This document shows positions 21,301 through 30,272 of a stretch of DNA of 64,000 nt, one piece after another. The position numbers and the translations under genes are program-made. Location of the stretch: the NCBI GenBank assembly GCA_963780225.1, contig CAWAAX010000026.1, positions 160,001 through 224,000 on the forward strand. The letters run 5' to 3'. The number at the start of each line of letters is the position of its first letter. Position 1 is the stretch's first letter. The notes under the pieces are model-generated. The model was given only the letters and a program-made list of their open reading frames with translations, was not told the origin of the DNA and did not search any database. The DNA is from an uncultured bacterium (GTDB lineage: Bacteria; Edwardsbacteria; AC1; EtOH8).

Positions 21301-21849
21301 ACCCCGGAGAACTTCATAGCCCTAAGGGCCAAGGCCAACCTGAACGGGGTGGACCGGTTCGCCACCGTTCCGGCGGCCGAGATCGTCAAACAGATGGAGA
21401 AGGGGGTCATCAAGGCCGCGGTGCTGTGGAACGAGGATCCCCTGGGCTCCCTGCCCGACGGCAAGAAGCTGGGCCAGGCGCTCTCCAAGCTGGAGAAATT
21501 AGTGGTGGCCGATCTGTTCCTGACCGAGACCGCCAAGGCCGCCGACCTTGTGCTCCCCACCTGCGCCTTTGCCGAGCAGGACGGCAGCTTCATCAATTCC
21601 GAGGGGCGGCTGCAGCACTTTAAGCAGGCCATCCAGCCGGTCTGCGGCATGACCTCCAAGCAGATCCTCTCCGAGCTGGGCGGGACGGCCCTGCCGGGAA
21701 TGCCGGCCGAGAAGAAGGGGGCCAAAATGTTCCTGGCGCCGGAGATCAAGAAGACCAAGCCGGCCAAGGAAGGGTTCTCCAGCGATGTGCTGGAGAAGAT
21801 GGTTTGGGAGCTGAAGAAGAAAGAGGGGTTGTTAAAAGAAGGGGAATAA
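18331..21849 (+). CDS. Large FeS flavoprotein: 2Fe-2S, GltD-like FAD/NADPH and NuoG-like domains (StnC-like)
   Basis: APCQATCP, LGRVCPHPCE, GAGPAG, GGGNTAID, CILCGRC, CTFCGVGC and DLVLP..AEQDGSFINSEGR. Confidence 0.88.
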   Translation: MSEIKIQLNGKEVICDSGQTILQVAEKQGLDIPNMCHDKKLEPFGSCWVCLVEVKGARGFVPSCATKVYDGMVVDIDNQKIRAARQLALELLLSNHSGDCIAPCQATCPAGCDVQGYTALIANGMEAEAIRLIKDTLPLPASLGRVCPHPCETECRRNLVEEPVSICYLKRRAADFDLNSGKPYLPKVAPETGKKVAVVGAGPAGLSAAYYLRQKGHQVTIFEALPKPGGWLRYGIPQYRLPKEVLDQEIKTITDLGIEIKCEQTLNQDFTIDSLRKSYDAVFLGFGAHASTKMGVEGEQSDGVWDGIGFLKKLAMGQEIKIGKTVAVIGGGNTAIDAARTSLRLGAEEVSIVYRRSEKEMPANPFEIEEARHEGVKFKFLTAPTRVIACTQSEGGGLICQKMELGEPDASGRRRPVPQAGSDYKVEAETIIAAIGQAPDLSVLGQNHGVETTKWSTIKTDEQTGATSVAGVFAAGDLVTGAATVVEAIGGAHRAAEAIHSYLMTGQAAKPVKNFNITKGKINEVPKELFAHIPKAAKAQMPMLPIAQRRNFEEVEKGFVSTVAADEAQRCLECGCADVVECKLRDYATQYQASVKRFMGEVKIHPIDESHPFLVRDQSKCILCGRCVRMCLEVVGASALGFVYRGFGTIVAPSLGKPFPESSCVSCGACIETCPVGALTERPRHLKPAPWEMPKTNSVCTFCGVGCGTEIHTKDNKAVKLTGNQESPASQGSLCFKGKFGFELIHSQERLAAPLVKQGKSHVPVEWKKVFNLVNGDIDAIVKKHGPEAVAVLASGRTSLEEAEGLRSWAAKKGVTKFSSLVYSEGRALDQLEKILGGLNGKSYADLEKAQAILLVGSDPYTQHPVFGQILRQAAKKSVPVYILSEKLGPLAEIAAGQFTAKAGGISWALNGALKTLTASSNLAGFTEYKKGLAKITGAAAIKESGLKKAELEQLSQVLAQNKNLLIAFNAELIDGETAKAIGNFLLLNETPENFIALRAKANLNGVDRFATVPAAEIVKQMEKGVIKAAVLWNEDPLGSLPDGKKLGQALSKLEKLVVADLFLTETAKAADLVLPTCAFAEQDGSFINSEGRLQHFKQAIQPVCGMTSKQILSELGGTALPGMPAEKKGAKMFLAPEIKKTKPAKEGFSSDVLEKMVWELKKKEGLLKEGE

Positions 21850-21931
21850 TATTGCCGGAACTCATCCCCCGTCCCCTTCTCTTTATAAGAGAAGGGGAGA
21901 AAGGGGTTGAGTTTTAAAGAAAATAGATGTT

Positions 21932-21967
21932 TGCAAAGGGCTGGCATTTTATGCCAGCCCCTTTGCA
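21932..21967. terminator. Hairpin/terminator after the stnC-like gene
   Basis: TGCAAAGGGCTGGCA-TTTTA-TGCCAGCCCCTTTGCA. Confidence 0.65.
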
Positions 21968-22119
21968 TTATTTCGCCCAGGCTATATTTATCCGCCGAAG
22001 CTTTAGCGTAGGAGGAAGGCCTGGGCTATAAATTTATCCCGCCCGGGAATAATCCCGTCTCCCTAAAAGTATATATAAACAGCCAACCAAAAACCAAATT
22101 ACTTTAAGGGAGAAGGAAA

Positions 22120-23994
22120 ATGAAAAAACTTACCCTGATAGCCCTGACAGCGGCCCTGATTCTGAGCTGCTTCAGCTATCTCCAGTCCCAGCAGGCCGGC
22201 AGCCTGGCCGGGTCTGTAACCGATGCCAGGACCGGCCGGGCCGTTTCCGGGGCCGCGGTCAATATCCTGAACACGCAGTTCAGCGCCTTGACCGACAACC
22301 AGGGGAAGTATCTCATGAAAAATGTCCCGGCCGGAAAATATTCCATCCAGGCCTCGGCCGCCGGGTATGATGCCCAGATCAGGAAAAATATCACCGTCAA
22401 GGCCGGTTCAACCATCACTATGGACTTCAAACTCAAAGCCTCTGTTCCGGCCAAGGACGAGAAGAACCGGCTGGTTTACGATATGGCGGCAAAGTGCTGC
22501 GAGCAATCGGCCCCGGCCTGCATGCCGGTTGGCTCTGGCATGGTCTACCGGGGGCAGCCCCAGGATTTCAATACCGAGGAATACTCCAAGATAGAAGAGA
22601 ACGCCTTCAAACAGGTCAAGGCCGACCCGCTCTCCACCTTCTCCATCGACGTGGACCCGGCCAGCTATGCCAACATGCGGCGTTTCATAAGCTCCGAGCA
22701 GATGCCGCCCAAGGACGCCATCAGGATAGAAGAACTGATCAACTATTTCGACTACAGCTACACCCAGCCCGACGACGGCCGCCCCTTTGCGGTCCATACC
22801 GAAGTGGCCGAATGCCCCTGGAACCAGGGCCACCGCCTGGTCCGGATAGGCCTGAAGGGAAAAGAAATAGCGCTGGACAAGCTTCCCCCGACCAATCTGG
22901 TCTTTTTGCTGGACGTCTCCGGCTCGATGCAAAGCCCGGACAAACTACCGCTCTTAAAATCGGCCTTCAAACTTCTGGTCAACCAACTGCGGCCCCAGGA
23001 CCGGGTGGCCATAGCGGTCTATGCCAGCGCCGAGGGGCTGGTACTGCCCTCCACCCCGGGCAGCGACAAGAAGACCATCCTGGAAATGCTGGACAAACTT
23101 GAGGCCGGGGGCTGCACCGCCGGGGCGGCCGGGATCCAATTGGCATACAGGACAGCCAAGGAGAACTTCATCAAGCACGGCAACAACCGGGTGATCCTGG
23201 CCACCGACGGTGATTTCAACGTGGGCGTCTCCTCCACTTCGGAACTGATCCGGATGATCGAGCAGAAGCGGGAGGAAGGCATTTACCTTTCGGTGCTGGG
23301 CTTCGGCACCGGCAACCTGAAGGACTCCAGGATGGAACAGCTGGCCGACAAGGGCAACGGCAACTACGCCTACATCGACAACATCACCGAGGCCCGCAAG
23401 GTGCTGGTCAGCCAGATGGGCGGCACCCTGTTCACCATCGCCAAGGACGTCAAGATCCAGGTGGAGTTCAACCCGGCAAAGGTGAAGGCCTACAAGCTGA
23501 TCGGCTACGAGAACCGGCTGCTGAACAAGGAGGATTTTAACGACGACAAGAAGGACGCCGGCGAGCTGGGCTCGGGCCACACCGTGACCGCTTTGTACGA
23601 GATCATCCCGGCCGGTTCACAGGAAGAGGTTCCGGGGGTGGATCCCCTGAAATACCAGCAGATCAAGGTTTCTCCCAATGCTTCAAAGAGTTCCGAGATG
23701 ATGACGGTGAAACTGCGCTACAAACTGCCGGCCGAGAGCGAAAGCAAGCTGATCTCCAAAGTGATCATGGACCGGAACGGCGAGATGGCGGAAGCTTCTG
23801 AAGATTTCAGATTTGCCGCGGCGGTGGCCGAGTTCGGCCTGCTGATCAGGGATTCCGAGTTCAAGGGCAAGGCGTCCTACGGACAGGCGCTGGCGCTGGC
23901 CCGCGGTGCCAAGGGGCAAGACAAGGAGGGCTACCGGGCCGAGTTCATCAAGCTGGCCGAGACGGCCAAATTGCTGGCGCAGAACCAGGATTAG
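22120..23994 (+). CDS. YfbK-like vWA domain protein with N-terminal carboxypeptidase-regulatory-like domain
   Basis: PLSTFSIDVD.ASY, DVSGSM MIDAS, ATDGDFNVG and TIAKDVKIQVEFNP. Confidence 0.9.
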   Translation: MKKLTLIALTAALILSCFSYLQSQQAGSLAGSVTDARTGRAVSGAAVNILNTQFSALTDNQGKYLMKNVPAGKYSIQASAAGYDAQIRKNITVKAGSTITMDFKLKASVPAKDEKNRLVYDMAAKCCEQSAPACMPVGSGMVYRGQPQDFNTEEYSKIEENAFKQVKADPLSTFSIDVDPASYANMRRFISSEQMPPKDAIRIEELINYFDYSYTQPDDGRPFAVHTEVAECPWNQGHRLVRIGLKGKEIALDKLPPTNLVFLLDVSGSMQSPDKLPLLKSAFKLLVNQLRPQDRVAIAVYASAEGLVLPSTPGSDKKTILEMLDKLEAGGCTAGAAGIQLAYRTAKENFIKHGNNRVILATDGDFNVGVSSTSELIRMIEQKREEGIYLSVLGFGTGNLKDSRMEQLADKGNGNYAYIDNITEARKVLVSQMGGTLFTIAKDVKIQVEFNPAKVKAYKLIGYENRLLNKEDFNDDKKDAGELGSGHTVTALYEIIPAGSQEEVPGVDPLKYQQIKVSPNASKSSEMMTVKLRYKLPAESESKLISKVIMDRNGEMAEASEDFRFAAAVAEFGLLIRDSEFKGKASYGQALALARGAKGQDKEGYRAEFIKLAETAKLLAQNQD

Positions 23995-24014
23995 ATAGAC
24001 TCAGGACTTAAGTT

Positions 24015-24046
24015 AAAGGACGGTCATTTTTGACCGTCCTTTTTTT
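24015..24046 (+). terminator. Intrinsic terminator
   Basis: AAAGGACGGTCA-TTTT-TGACCGTCCTTTTTTT. Confidence 0.85.
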
Positions 24047-24115
24047 CTTGACTTTGGCCCGGATTTACGTTATCTTAATTTATCTTTACAATAATATTTT
24101 GAGGTTCCAAAACAG

Positions 24116-25762
24116 GTGAAAATAGCCATTTGCCAATATAACCCGGTGGTGGGAGACATCGACGGAAATCTTGCCAAGATCGCTTCGGCTTTAAAGTCCA
24201 ACGCCAGGCAGAAGCCCGACCTGCTGGTATTTCCCGAGCTGTTCCTGACCGGCTATCCGCCCCGCGATCTGCTGGAGAAGGACTGGTTCCTGAAGAAGAT
24301 CAAGCAGGCGATCAAGGACATTGCCAAGCTGTCGGGCAAGCGGCCGGACATTGGGATACTGATCGGGGCACCGACATTAGTCGTAGAAAAGACTTCCAGC
24401 CGGTTGTATAACTCGGCCCTGCTGATCCACCGGGGCAAGGTGATCTTCACCCAGCACAAAACTTTGCTGCCAACCTATGATGTCTTTGACGAGACCCGCT
24501 ACTTCAAGCCGGCGGAAAAAGTGTCGGTGGTAAACTTCAAAGGCAAAAAGTTGGGGATCTCCATCTGCGAGGACGCCTGGAACGATGCGGCCCTGTGGCC
24601 CAGAGATAAGAAACCGTACACTTTGGATCCAATAAAAACGTTGGCCAAAGCCGGGGCGGAAATATTCATCAACCTTTCGGCCTCGCCGTTCGAGATGGGA
24701 AAAGCTTCCCTCAGGTCCGGCCTTTTTACCCGGCTGGCCAAGAAATACCACAAACCTTTCATTTACGTCAACCAGATAGGCGGCAACGACGAGCTGGTCT
24801 TCGACGGCCGCAGTTTTGCGGTGAACGAAGCAGGTCAAACGGTCCTTACAATGAAGGCATTCGAGGAAGAACTGACAATATTAGACATTGAGCACACGGC
24901 ACTCTCCATTAAATGGCCAAAGCCCGATCCGGCCGGGGATGTCTATCAGGCGCTGGTCCTGGGCCTGCGGGATTACCTCAAGAAGACCGGTTTTCACCAG
25001 GCAGTGATAGGGCTTTCCGGGGGCATTGACTCGGCCCTGGTGGCAGCGATCGCGGCCGAGGCGCTGGGTCCCAAAAACGTGATGGGCATCTCCATGCCCT
25101 CGCCCTATTCTTCCAAAGGCAGCGTGGACGATTCCAGAAAGCTGGCGGAGAACCTGGGGATAGGTTTCAAGGTCATTCCCATCTCAGAACTTTATCAAAA
25201 ATACCTGGCCTCGCTGAAGGCCACGTTCAAGGGCACCAAACCCGGACTGGCCGAGGAGAACATCCAGGCCCGCATCCGGGGGAACATCCTGATGGCCTTC
25301 TCCAACAAGTTTGGGCACATCGTGCTTTCCACCGGCAACAAGAGCGAGATGGCGGTGGGCTACTGTACCCTCTACGGCGACATGAGCGGCGGGCTGTCGG
25401 TGATCTCGGACGTTCCCAAGACTTTGGTCTACAAGATCGCGGAATATGTCAACCGGAAGGGGGAGGTGATCCCCAGGGCCACCATCAAGAAGGCGCCCTC
25501 GGCCGAACTGCGGCCCAACCAGAAAGACCAGGACACCCTGCCGCCCTACCCGGTGCTGGATGCGATCCTGGAGTATCATCTGGAGGATGGCCGGTCGCGG
25601 GAAGAGATAATCAAACGCGGCTACAAACCGGCGGTGGTGGACTGGGTGATCAAGGCAGTAAGAAACAGCGAGTACAAGCGGCGGCAGGCCGCGCCGGGTT
25701 TGAAGGTGACCAGCAAGGCTTTTGGGTCAGGCCGGCGAATGCCGGTGGCGGCGAAGTACTGA
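24116..25762 (+). CDS. nadE: Glutamine-dependent NAD+ synthetase
   Basis: Nitrilase domain (FPEL, ICED) plus SGGIDS, NIQARIR, TGNKSE and PSAEL. Confidence 0.96.
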   Translation: MKIAICQYNPVVGDIDGNLAKIASALKSNARQKPDLLVFPELFLTGYPPRDLLEKDWFLKKIKQAIKDIAKLSGKRPDIGILIGAPTLVVEKTSSRLYNSALLIHRGKVIFTQHKTLLPTYDVFDETRYFKPAEKVSVVNFKGKKLGISICEDAWNDAALWPRDKKPYTLDPIKTLAKAGAEIFINLSASPFEMGKASLRSGLFTRLAKKYHKPFIYVNQIGGNDELVFDGRSFAVNEAGQTVLTMKAFEEELTILDIEHTALSIKWPKPDPAGDVYQALVLGLRDYLKKTGFHQAVIGLSGGIDSALVAAIAAEALGPKNVMGISMPSPYSSKGSVDDSRKLAENLGIGFKVIPISELYQKYLASLKATFKGTKPGLAEENIQARIRGNILMAFSNKFGHIVLSTGNKSEMAVGYCTLYGDMSGGLSVISDVPKTLVYKIAEYVNRKGEVIPRATIKKAPSAELRPNQKDQDTLPPYPVLDAILEYHLEDGRSREEIIKRGYKPAVVDWVIKAVRNSEYKRRQAAPGLKVTSKAFGSGRRMPVAAKY

Positions 25763-25786
25763 AACAATTTACAAAAGGATAAAGAC

Positions 25787-26188
25787 ATGGAACAAAAATC
25801 CATTCAGGAAGTAATTCAGTTATTTTGTTCTATTTGCTCCAGGGGGGTTATAGTACGTAACGAGTCGATGTATAAATGCAAAAAATGCGGCAAGGAGGTT
25901 TGCCAGATGTGCTTTGATCGTCAAGCCAGACTCTGCACAGATTGTACTTCCGAAGAAAAAAAGGAGAGTGCCAATATTGAATACAAACCGGTCAAGGTGG
26001 AGGTGACGGAGCTACCGAGAAAACAAAACCGGAAAAGGGGCTTGTTGTTTGTGATATCCGGGATGGTGGTAATTATCGCAGCCTTTCTGGTGGGAGCAAT
26101 GGTCAATCTGCATTCGGCGTTGGTTGGAGTGTTGGAATTACTGGGTTTTGCGTTATTCATCAAAGGTTTTATAATAATCAAAGATTAA
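25787..26188 (+). CDS. Hypothetical Cys-rich membrane protein
   Basis: Four CxxC motifs and two C-terminal hydrophobic helices. RBS present. Confidence 0.7.
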   Translation: MEQKSIQEVIQLFCSICSRGVIVRNESMYKCKKCGKEVCQMCFDRQARLCTDCTSEEKKESANIEYKPVKVEVTELPRKQNRKRGLLFVISGMVVIIAAFLVGAMVNLHSALVGVLELLGFALFIKGFIIIKD

Positions 26189-26227
26189 GATCAAATAAGT
26201 TAGTATCGCCAAATTAAGGAGAATATC

Positions 26228-27364
26228 ATGGCGGATCAGTTCACCGAGACAGTCACCACCGGGTGGGGCAAAAGGATCATGAACTCCTTCATGGGAGTGC
26301 TGATAGGCATCCTGCTGTTCTTCTTCTCCTTCGTGGTCCTGTGGAAGACCGAGGGCCGCACCAACTACGCCAAGATCGCCGCCAAGGCGGTGGCCCTGTC
26401 CACGCAGTCCGTGGACCAGAACGGCCAGGACAGGCTGGTCTCGGCCACCGGGCCGCTGGAGACCCCGGATTCGGTGGGCGACCAGGAGTTCATCCGGCCC
26501 GGCAATTACATCATGCTGCAGCGGACGGTGGAGATGTACGCCTGGCGGGAGCGCTCCAGCTCCAAATCCAAGAAGAACATGGGCGGCAGCGAGACCACCA
26601 CCACCACTTACACCTACGAAAAAGAATGGACCTCCAACCCCGAGAACTCGACCGAGTTCAAGAAGCCGGAGGGCCACGCCAATCCCGGACTGAACACTCC
26701 GGAAAAGGAATTTTACGCCGCCCACGCCAACCTGGGCGCCTATGAACTGGATGTCCAGAACATGCGGCTGCCGGATGCCCAGAAGCTGGAGATCGGGCAG
26801 AACGACCTGTCCTCAAACCTGACGGCAGACTTCAAGCTGGTCCAGGGATATCTTTTCAAAGGAATGGGCACCTTTTCCGAGCCTGAGGTGGGCGATGTCC
26901 GGGTCAGCTTCGGGGCCATCCTCTCCGGCAGAAAAATGACGGTCTTCGGCAAACTGATAGGCGGCGCCATAGAGCCGTTCCTTATAAACGGCGACACCAA
27001 GTTCTACCGGGCCATTCCAGGGACCAGGGACGAGGCCATAGCCCAGCTTAAGTCTGAGTACAAGATGACCGGATGGATCGGCCGGATCATCGGCTTTTTG
27101 ATGATGTGGATAGGGATGCTGATGCTGCTGGGCCCGCTGCACACCGTGCTGGACGTCCTGCCGTTCCTGGGCACCGCCAGCCGCTTCGTGGTGGGGCTGA
27201 TGACATTTCCCATCGCCCTGGTGCTATCGCTGGTCACCATCATTGTTTCCATGATCGCCCATAATATCATCGCCCTGGTGATCGTGCTGGCGCTGGTGAT
27301 CGGGGGGATATTGTTCCTGCTGCGAAAGAAGAAACAGGCGTTAGCACAGGCTGCAGCCAAATAG
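26228..27364 (+). CDS. TMEM43 family protein
   Basis: GILL..LWKTEGR, RTVEMYAW.E, PEVGDVRVSF and C-terminal TM helices. Confidence 0.88.
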   Translation: MADQFTETVTTGWGKRIMNSFMGVLIGILLFFFSFVVLWKTEGRTNYAKIAAKAVALSTQSVDQNGQDRLVSATGPLETPDSVGDQEFIRPGNYIMLQRTVEMYAWRERSSSKSKKNMGGSETTTTTYTYEKEWTSNPENSTEFKKPEGHANPGLNTPEKEFYAAHANLGAYELDVQNMRLPDAQKLEIGQNDLSSNLTADFKLVQGYLFKGMGTFSEPEVGDVRVSFGAILSGRKMTVFGKLIGGAIEPFLINGDTKFYRAIPGTRDEAIAQLKSEYKMTGWIGRIIGFLMMWIGMLMLLGPLHTVLDVLPFLGTASRFVVGLMTFPIALVLSLVTIIVSMIAHNIIALVIVLALVIGGILFLLRKKKQALAQAAAK

Positions 27365-27382
27365 CAAGAATAGTTTGGGAAA

Positions 27383-27448
27383 CAAAATAGCCCCCGCCGT
27401 CCGACTACGCACAAGGCTTCGTCGGATAAATAGGCGGGGGCTATTTTG
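27383..27448. terminator. Bidirectional terminator with a palindromic element in its loop
   Basis: CAAAATAGCCCCCGCC / GGCGGGGGCTATTTTG stem. Confidence 0.75.
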
Positions 27449-27469
27449 CGTTAACAAGAGATCGGGGGA

Positions 27470-27635
27470 CTTCGATACGGGCTTTGCGCCCTACTCAGTC
27501 CCCGGCAAGCATAACCTCTGGTGGCTGAGCAGCCGCGTCCGGGAAGTGTAAGGCCAGGTGGCTGAGTAACCACGCCCGGCAAGTGTAAGGCCAGGTGGCT
27601 GAGTAGCCGCGCCCGGCGGCGTATCGAAGCCACCA
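27470..27635. repeat. REP-like cluster with 37-bp tandem units
   Basis: CTTCGATACG..CTACTCAG inverted against CTGAGTAG..CGTATCGAAG. GGTGGCTGAG units start at 27520, 27557 and 27594. Confidence 0.85.
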
Positions 27636-27636
27636 C

Positions 27637-28353
27637 TCAAAACACCCGTTCCACTTCACCCTTCCTAACCCATCCCCCGATGCCCCCGGGCAGCTGGATC
27701 AGCAGGTAATCGCCCCTGGTCTCCTTTATCTGTCCCTCGGTGCCGTCGTGGACCAGGATGATCTGCTTGTACTCCGGGCCCGGTCCGCTCAAGGCGCTGA
27801 CCTCGGCGGCGGTGATCACCACCGGGAGCTGCTGCCGCTCGTTCCTCCAGGTTAAAAGGTCGGCCAGGAAAAAGATGAAAACCAAAACCCAGAAAGCGGA
27901 GATGTAAACATAAGCCTTTTTGCCGTAGATCACGAACAGGGCCAGCATCAAAGAGCCAAGCCCAAAGCATATCATGGCCATCAGAGCGGCTTCGCGCTCC
28001 GGGAAAAAGTGGAACAGGTCGTAAAGGAGCCTGGAAAAAGGGTCGGGTACGGTCAATATCTTGTCGGCCCGGTAACTGCGGACGAATTCCAAGTTGGCCC
28101 GGATGTCCCTGTCCCGGGGGCTCAGATACTGGGCCCGGCGGTAGCTGGCCACGGCCTGCCCGGTCCGGCCGCCCTTGAAATAGGCGTTACCCAGGTTATA
28201 CAGCACGGCGGCATCGGGCACGGCCTGCAGGGCTTGCTGGTAGGCGGCCACGGCCTGTGGATAGTCGTTCTGGGAATAGTACTTATTGCCCTGGTTGTAC
28301 GAATCAGCCGGGCTCAAGGCTATTGTGATATAAAGTAATAGATGGGTCAGCAT
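27637..28353 (-). CDS. batE: BatE-like TPR + SH3 protein
   Basis: YNLGNAYFK TPR, TM pair, HDGTE..GWV SH3-like tail, operon context. Confidence 0.82.
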   Translation of the reverse strand: MLTHLLLYITIALSPADSYNQGNKYYSQNDYPQAVAAYQQALQAVPDAAVLYNLGNAYFKGGRTGQAVASYRRAQYLSPRDRDIRANLEFVRSYRADKILTVPDPFSRLLYDLFHFFPEREAALMAMICFGLGSLMLALFVIYGKKAYVYISAFWVLVFIFFLADLLTWRNERQQLPVVITAAEVSALSGPGPEYKQIILVHDGTEGQIKETRGDYLLIQLPGGIGGWVRKGEVERVF

Positions 28354-28377
28354 GATATCAAAAGATTAAATTGGGGG

Positions 28378-30165
28378 CTATAGTTGGCTCAGGATCTCCC
28401 GGGACCTTTCGAACAGCTCCCGGGGCGTTTTGTATGCGGCCTGTCCCGGAGAGAACCGGGCGATGTCGCATTGCTCGATTATCTCAATGATCTTGTCCAC
28501 CAGCCCGGGCGCCAGGCTCAGTTCCAGCAGCCCGGCCTTAAGCTGGTCCTTGGAGAGGGCCTGGGTGTCCAGGTTGTAGCGGTCGCCCACATATCCCAGC
28601 ACCGCCTGGAAAAGCACGGCGTAAAACTCCTGGCGGGGATCGTCCTGCAGAAGCTTTTCGGCGGCCTTCAGCCTCTTTTTTACCAGGGCCCCGGATTTAT
28701 ATTTGCGGGCGTAGCCCCGGTCGCTGTCCAATTTATTGCGGTGGGCGCGGTAGAAGAATGAGGCACCCAATACAGCCAACGACAGCAGATAGCCCGATCC
28801 CAGCAACCACCATGGCATCTGAGCGACTGGTCTGATCTCCGTCCTGTCCGGCTTGATGTAATTGATGTCGGTGCCCAGCACCTTCAGGCCGGTGGCCTCC
28901 ACCAGCGGGGCGTTTGGGGTGCAGCCGGTGGCGGTGCATTCCAGCACTTTGGACTGCAGGGTGTGGTAGCTTTTGTCGCCGGGATCAAAGTAGGCCATCT
29001 TGATCACAGGCAGGACGTACTTGCCGTCGGCCTGGGGGATGACAGGGTAGCGGAAGGTCTTGGAGCCTTTGATGACATCGCCCGAGGTCTGGACCTGGTC
29101 CTTGATCTCGGGGTCAAGGATCTTCAGTCCCGTGATGGCCGGAATGACTGGTTTCTCGATCAACCGGATGTTCCCGGTGCCGGAGATCTTGATGGTCAGA
29201 TTGATGGGCTCGCTGCCGGTGGTGGAGTCCCGGTCCAGCTCAGCGGTCATGGTGAACCTGCCCACCCCGCCGGTGAATTCCGCTGGCTTGCCGCTCTCCG
29301 GCAAAGGCAGCACGGTCAAGAGCAGGGGTTTGGATTCCACCTTGACGTTCTGGGTGGATCCAAAAAAGTCAAATATGTCCCGGGAGCGCTGGACTATCTC
29401 CACATTCAGCGCCATGGGTTTTACCTCCAGCTTTCCGCTGGACATGGGGAACAGGGCCACCTTCTTCAGCAGGAAAACGTCGAACTGTTTGCCGTCCACC
29501 GTCTGGCGCTTGAACTCTATCTTCTGGGCGTCGTAGATCTTTTCGGTCCAGAAACCGCTGAAGGAAGGCTGTTCGGCCAGGTTCAGGCCGTTGATCTGAA
29601 AACGGTTGTAAAGGACGAATTCGGCGTTGATCTGCTCGCCCAGATAGACGGTCTTCTTGTCGCAGTGGGCCAAAAGATAAAGGTTCCCGTCCAGCGGTAT
29701 CCGTCCCTGCGGGGTTTGAGGGTTTTGTCCCGCCTGCTGTCTGGGCTGGTTTGCCTGGGCGGTCTTGGTTACCTCGATGCTGATGGGCTGACTCTGGTAT
29801 TCCTGGCCTTCGTAGTTAATTTTGCAGGCGCCGATGGTCAGCTGGCCGGCCTTTTTGGCGCTGAGGTAGTAGACGAAGTTGACGGTGGCCTGCTTTTTCA
29901 TGCTGCCGTTGATGATCGAGATGCTGGTGGACTGCGAGGATGAATTGCCCAGCAGGTTGAAATCCGGCAGGTCGGGCAGCTGGGGCTTGGGCGCCGTGGC
30001 CATGCCCTCGCCCTGGACGGTGACAGTCAGGGTGAACTGCTCTCCCAAGCCCACCGTGCTCTGGTCCACCGAGGCGCTGAAATCAATGCTGGCAGCCAAC
30101 AGCAAACCGGGCAGGGCAAGCACTGCAGCCGAAACATAAAAATATTTTAAAAATCTGTCAAACAA
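28378..30165 (-). CDS. batD: BatD family protein
   Basis: SSSQSTSISIING, FTGGVGRF, ISGTGNI, operon context. Confidence 0.88.
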   Translation of the reverse strand: MFDRFLKYFYVSAAVLALPGLLLAASIDFSASVDQSTVGLGEQFTLTVTVQGEGMATAPKPQLPDLPDFNLLGNSSSQSTSISIINGSMKKQATVNFVYYLSAKKAGQLTIGACKINYEGQEYQSQPISIEVTKTAQANQPRQQAGQNPQTPQGRIPLDGNLYLLAHCDKKTVYLGEQINAEFVLYNRFQINGLNLAEQPSFSGFWTEKIYDAQKIEFKRQTVDGKQFDVFLLKKVALFPMSSGKLEVKPMALNVEIVQRSRDIFDFFGSTQNVKVESKPLLLTVLPLPESGKPAEFTGGVGRFTMTAELDRDSTTGSEPINLTIKISGTGNIRLIEKPVIPAITGLKILDPEIKDQVQTSGDVIKGSKTFRYPVIPQADGKYVLPVIKMAYFDPGDKSYHTLQSKVLECTATGCTPNAPLVEATGLKVLGTDINYIKPDRTEIRPVAQMPWWLLGSGYLLSLAVLGASFFYRAHRNKLDSDRGYARKYKSGALVKKRLKAAEKLLQDDPRQEFYAVLFQAVLGYVGDRYNLDTQALSKDQLKAGLLELSLAPGLVDKIIEIIEQCDIARFSPGQAAYKTPRELFERSREILSQL

Positions 30166-30272
30166 AAGTGTTTACTGTTAAAAGTTTGGTGTTTGGAGTT
30201 TGTAAGCTATCGAGTAAATCATCGGGCAGGTGGTACCCAAATCCCTCATATCAAATCACAGACCACAAATGG

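Noticed and set aside
18331..21849. Selenocysteine formate dehydrogenase or [FeFe]-hydrogenase
   Set aside because: No in-frame TGA, no evident catalytic Cys/Sec-His motif and no H-cluster motifs.
27520..27617. Mini-CRISPR
   Set aside because: The 37-bp units are near-identical along their whole length, with no unique spacers.
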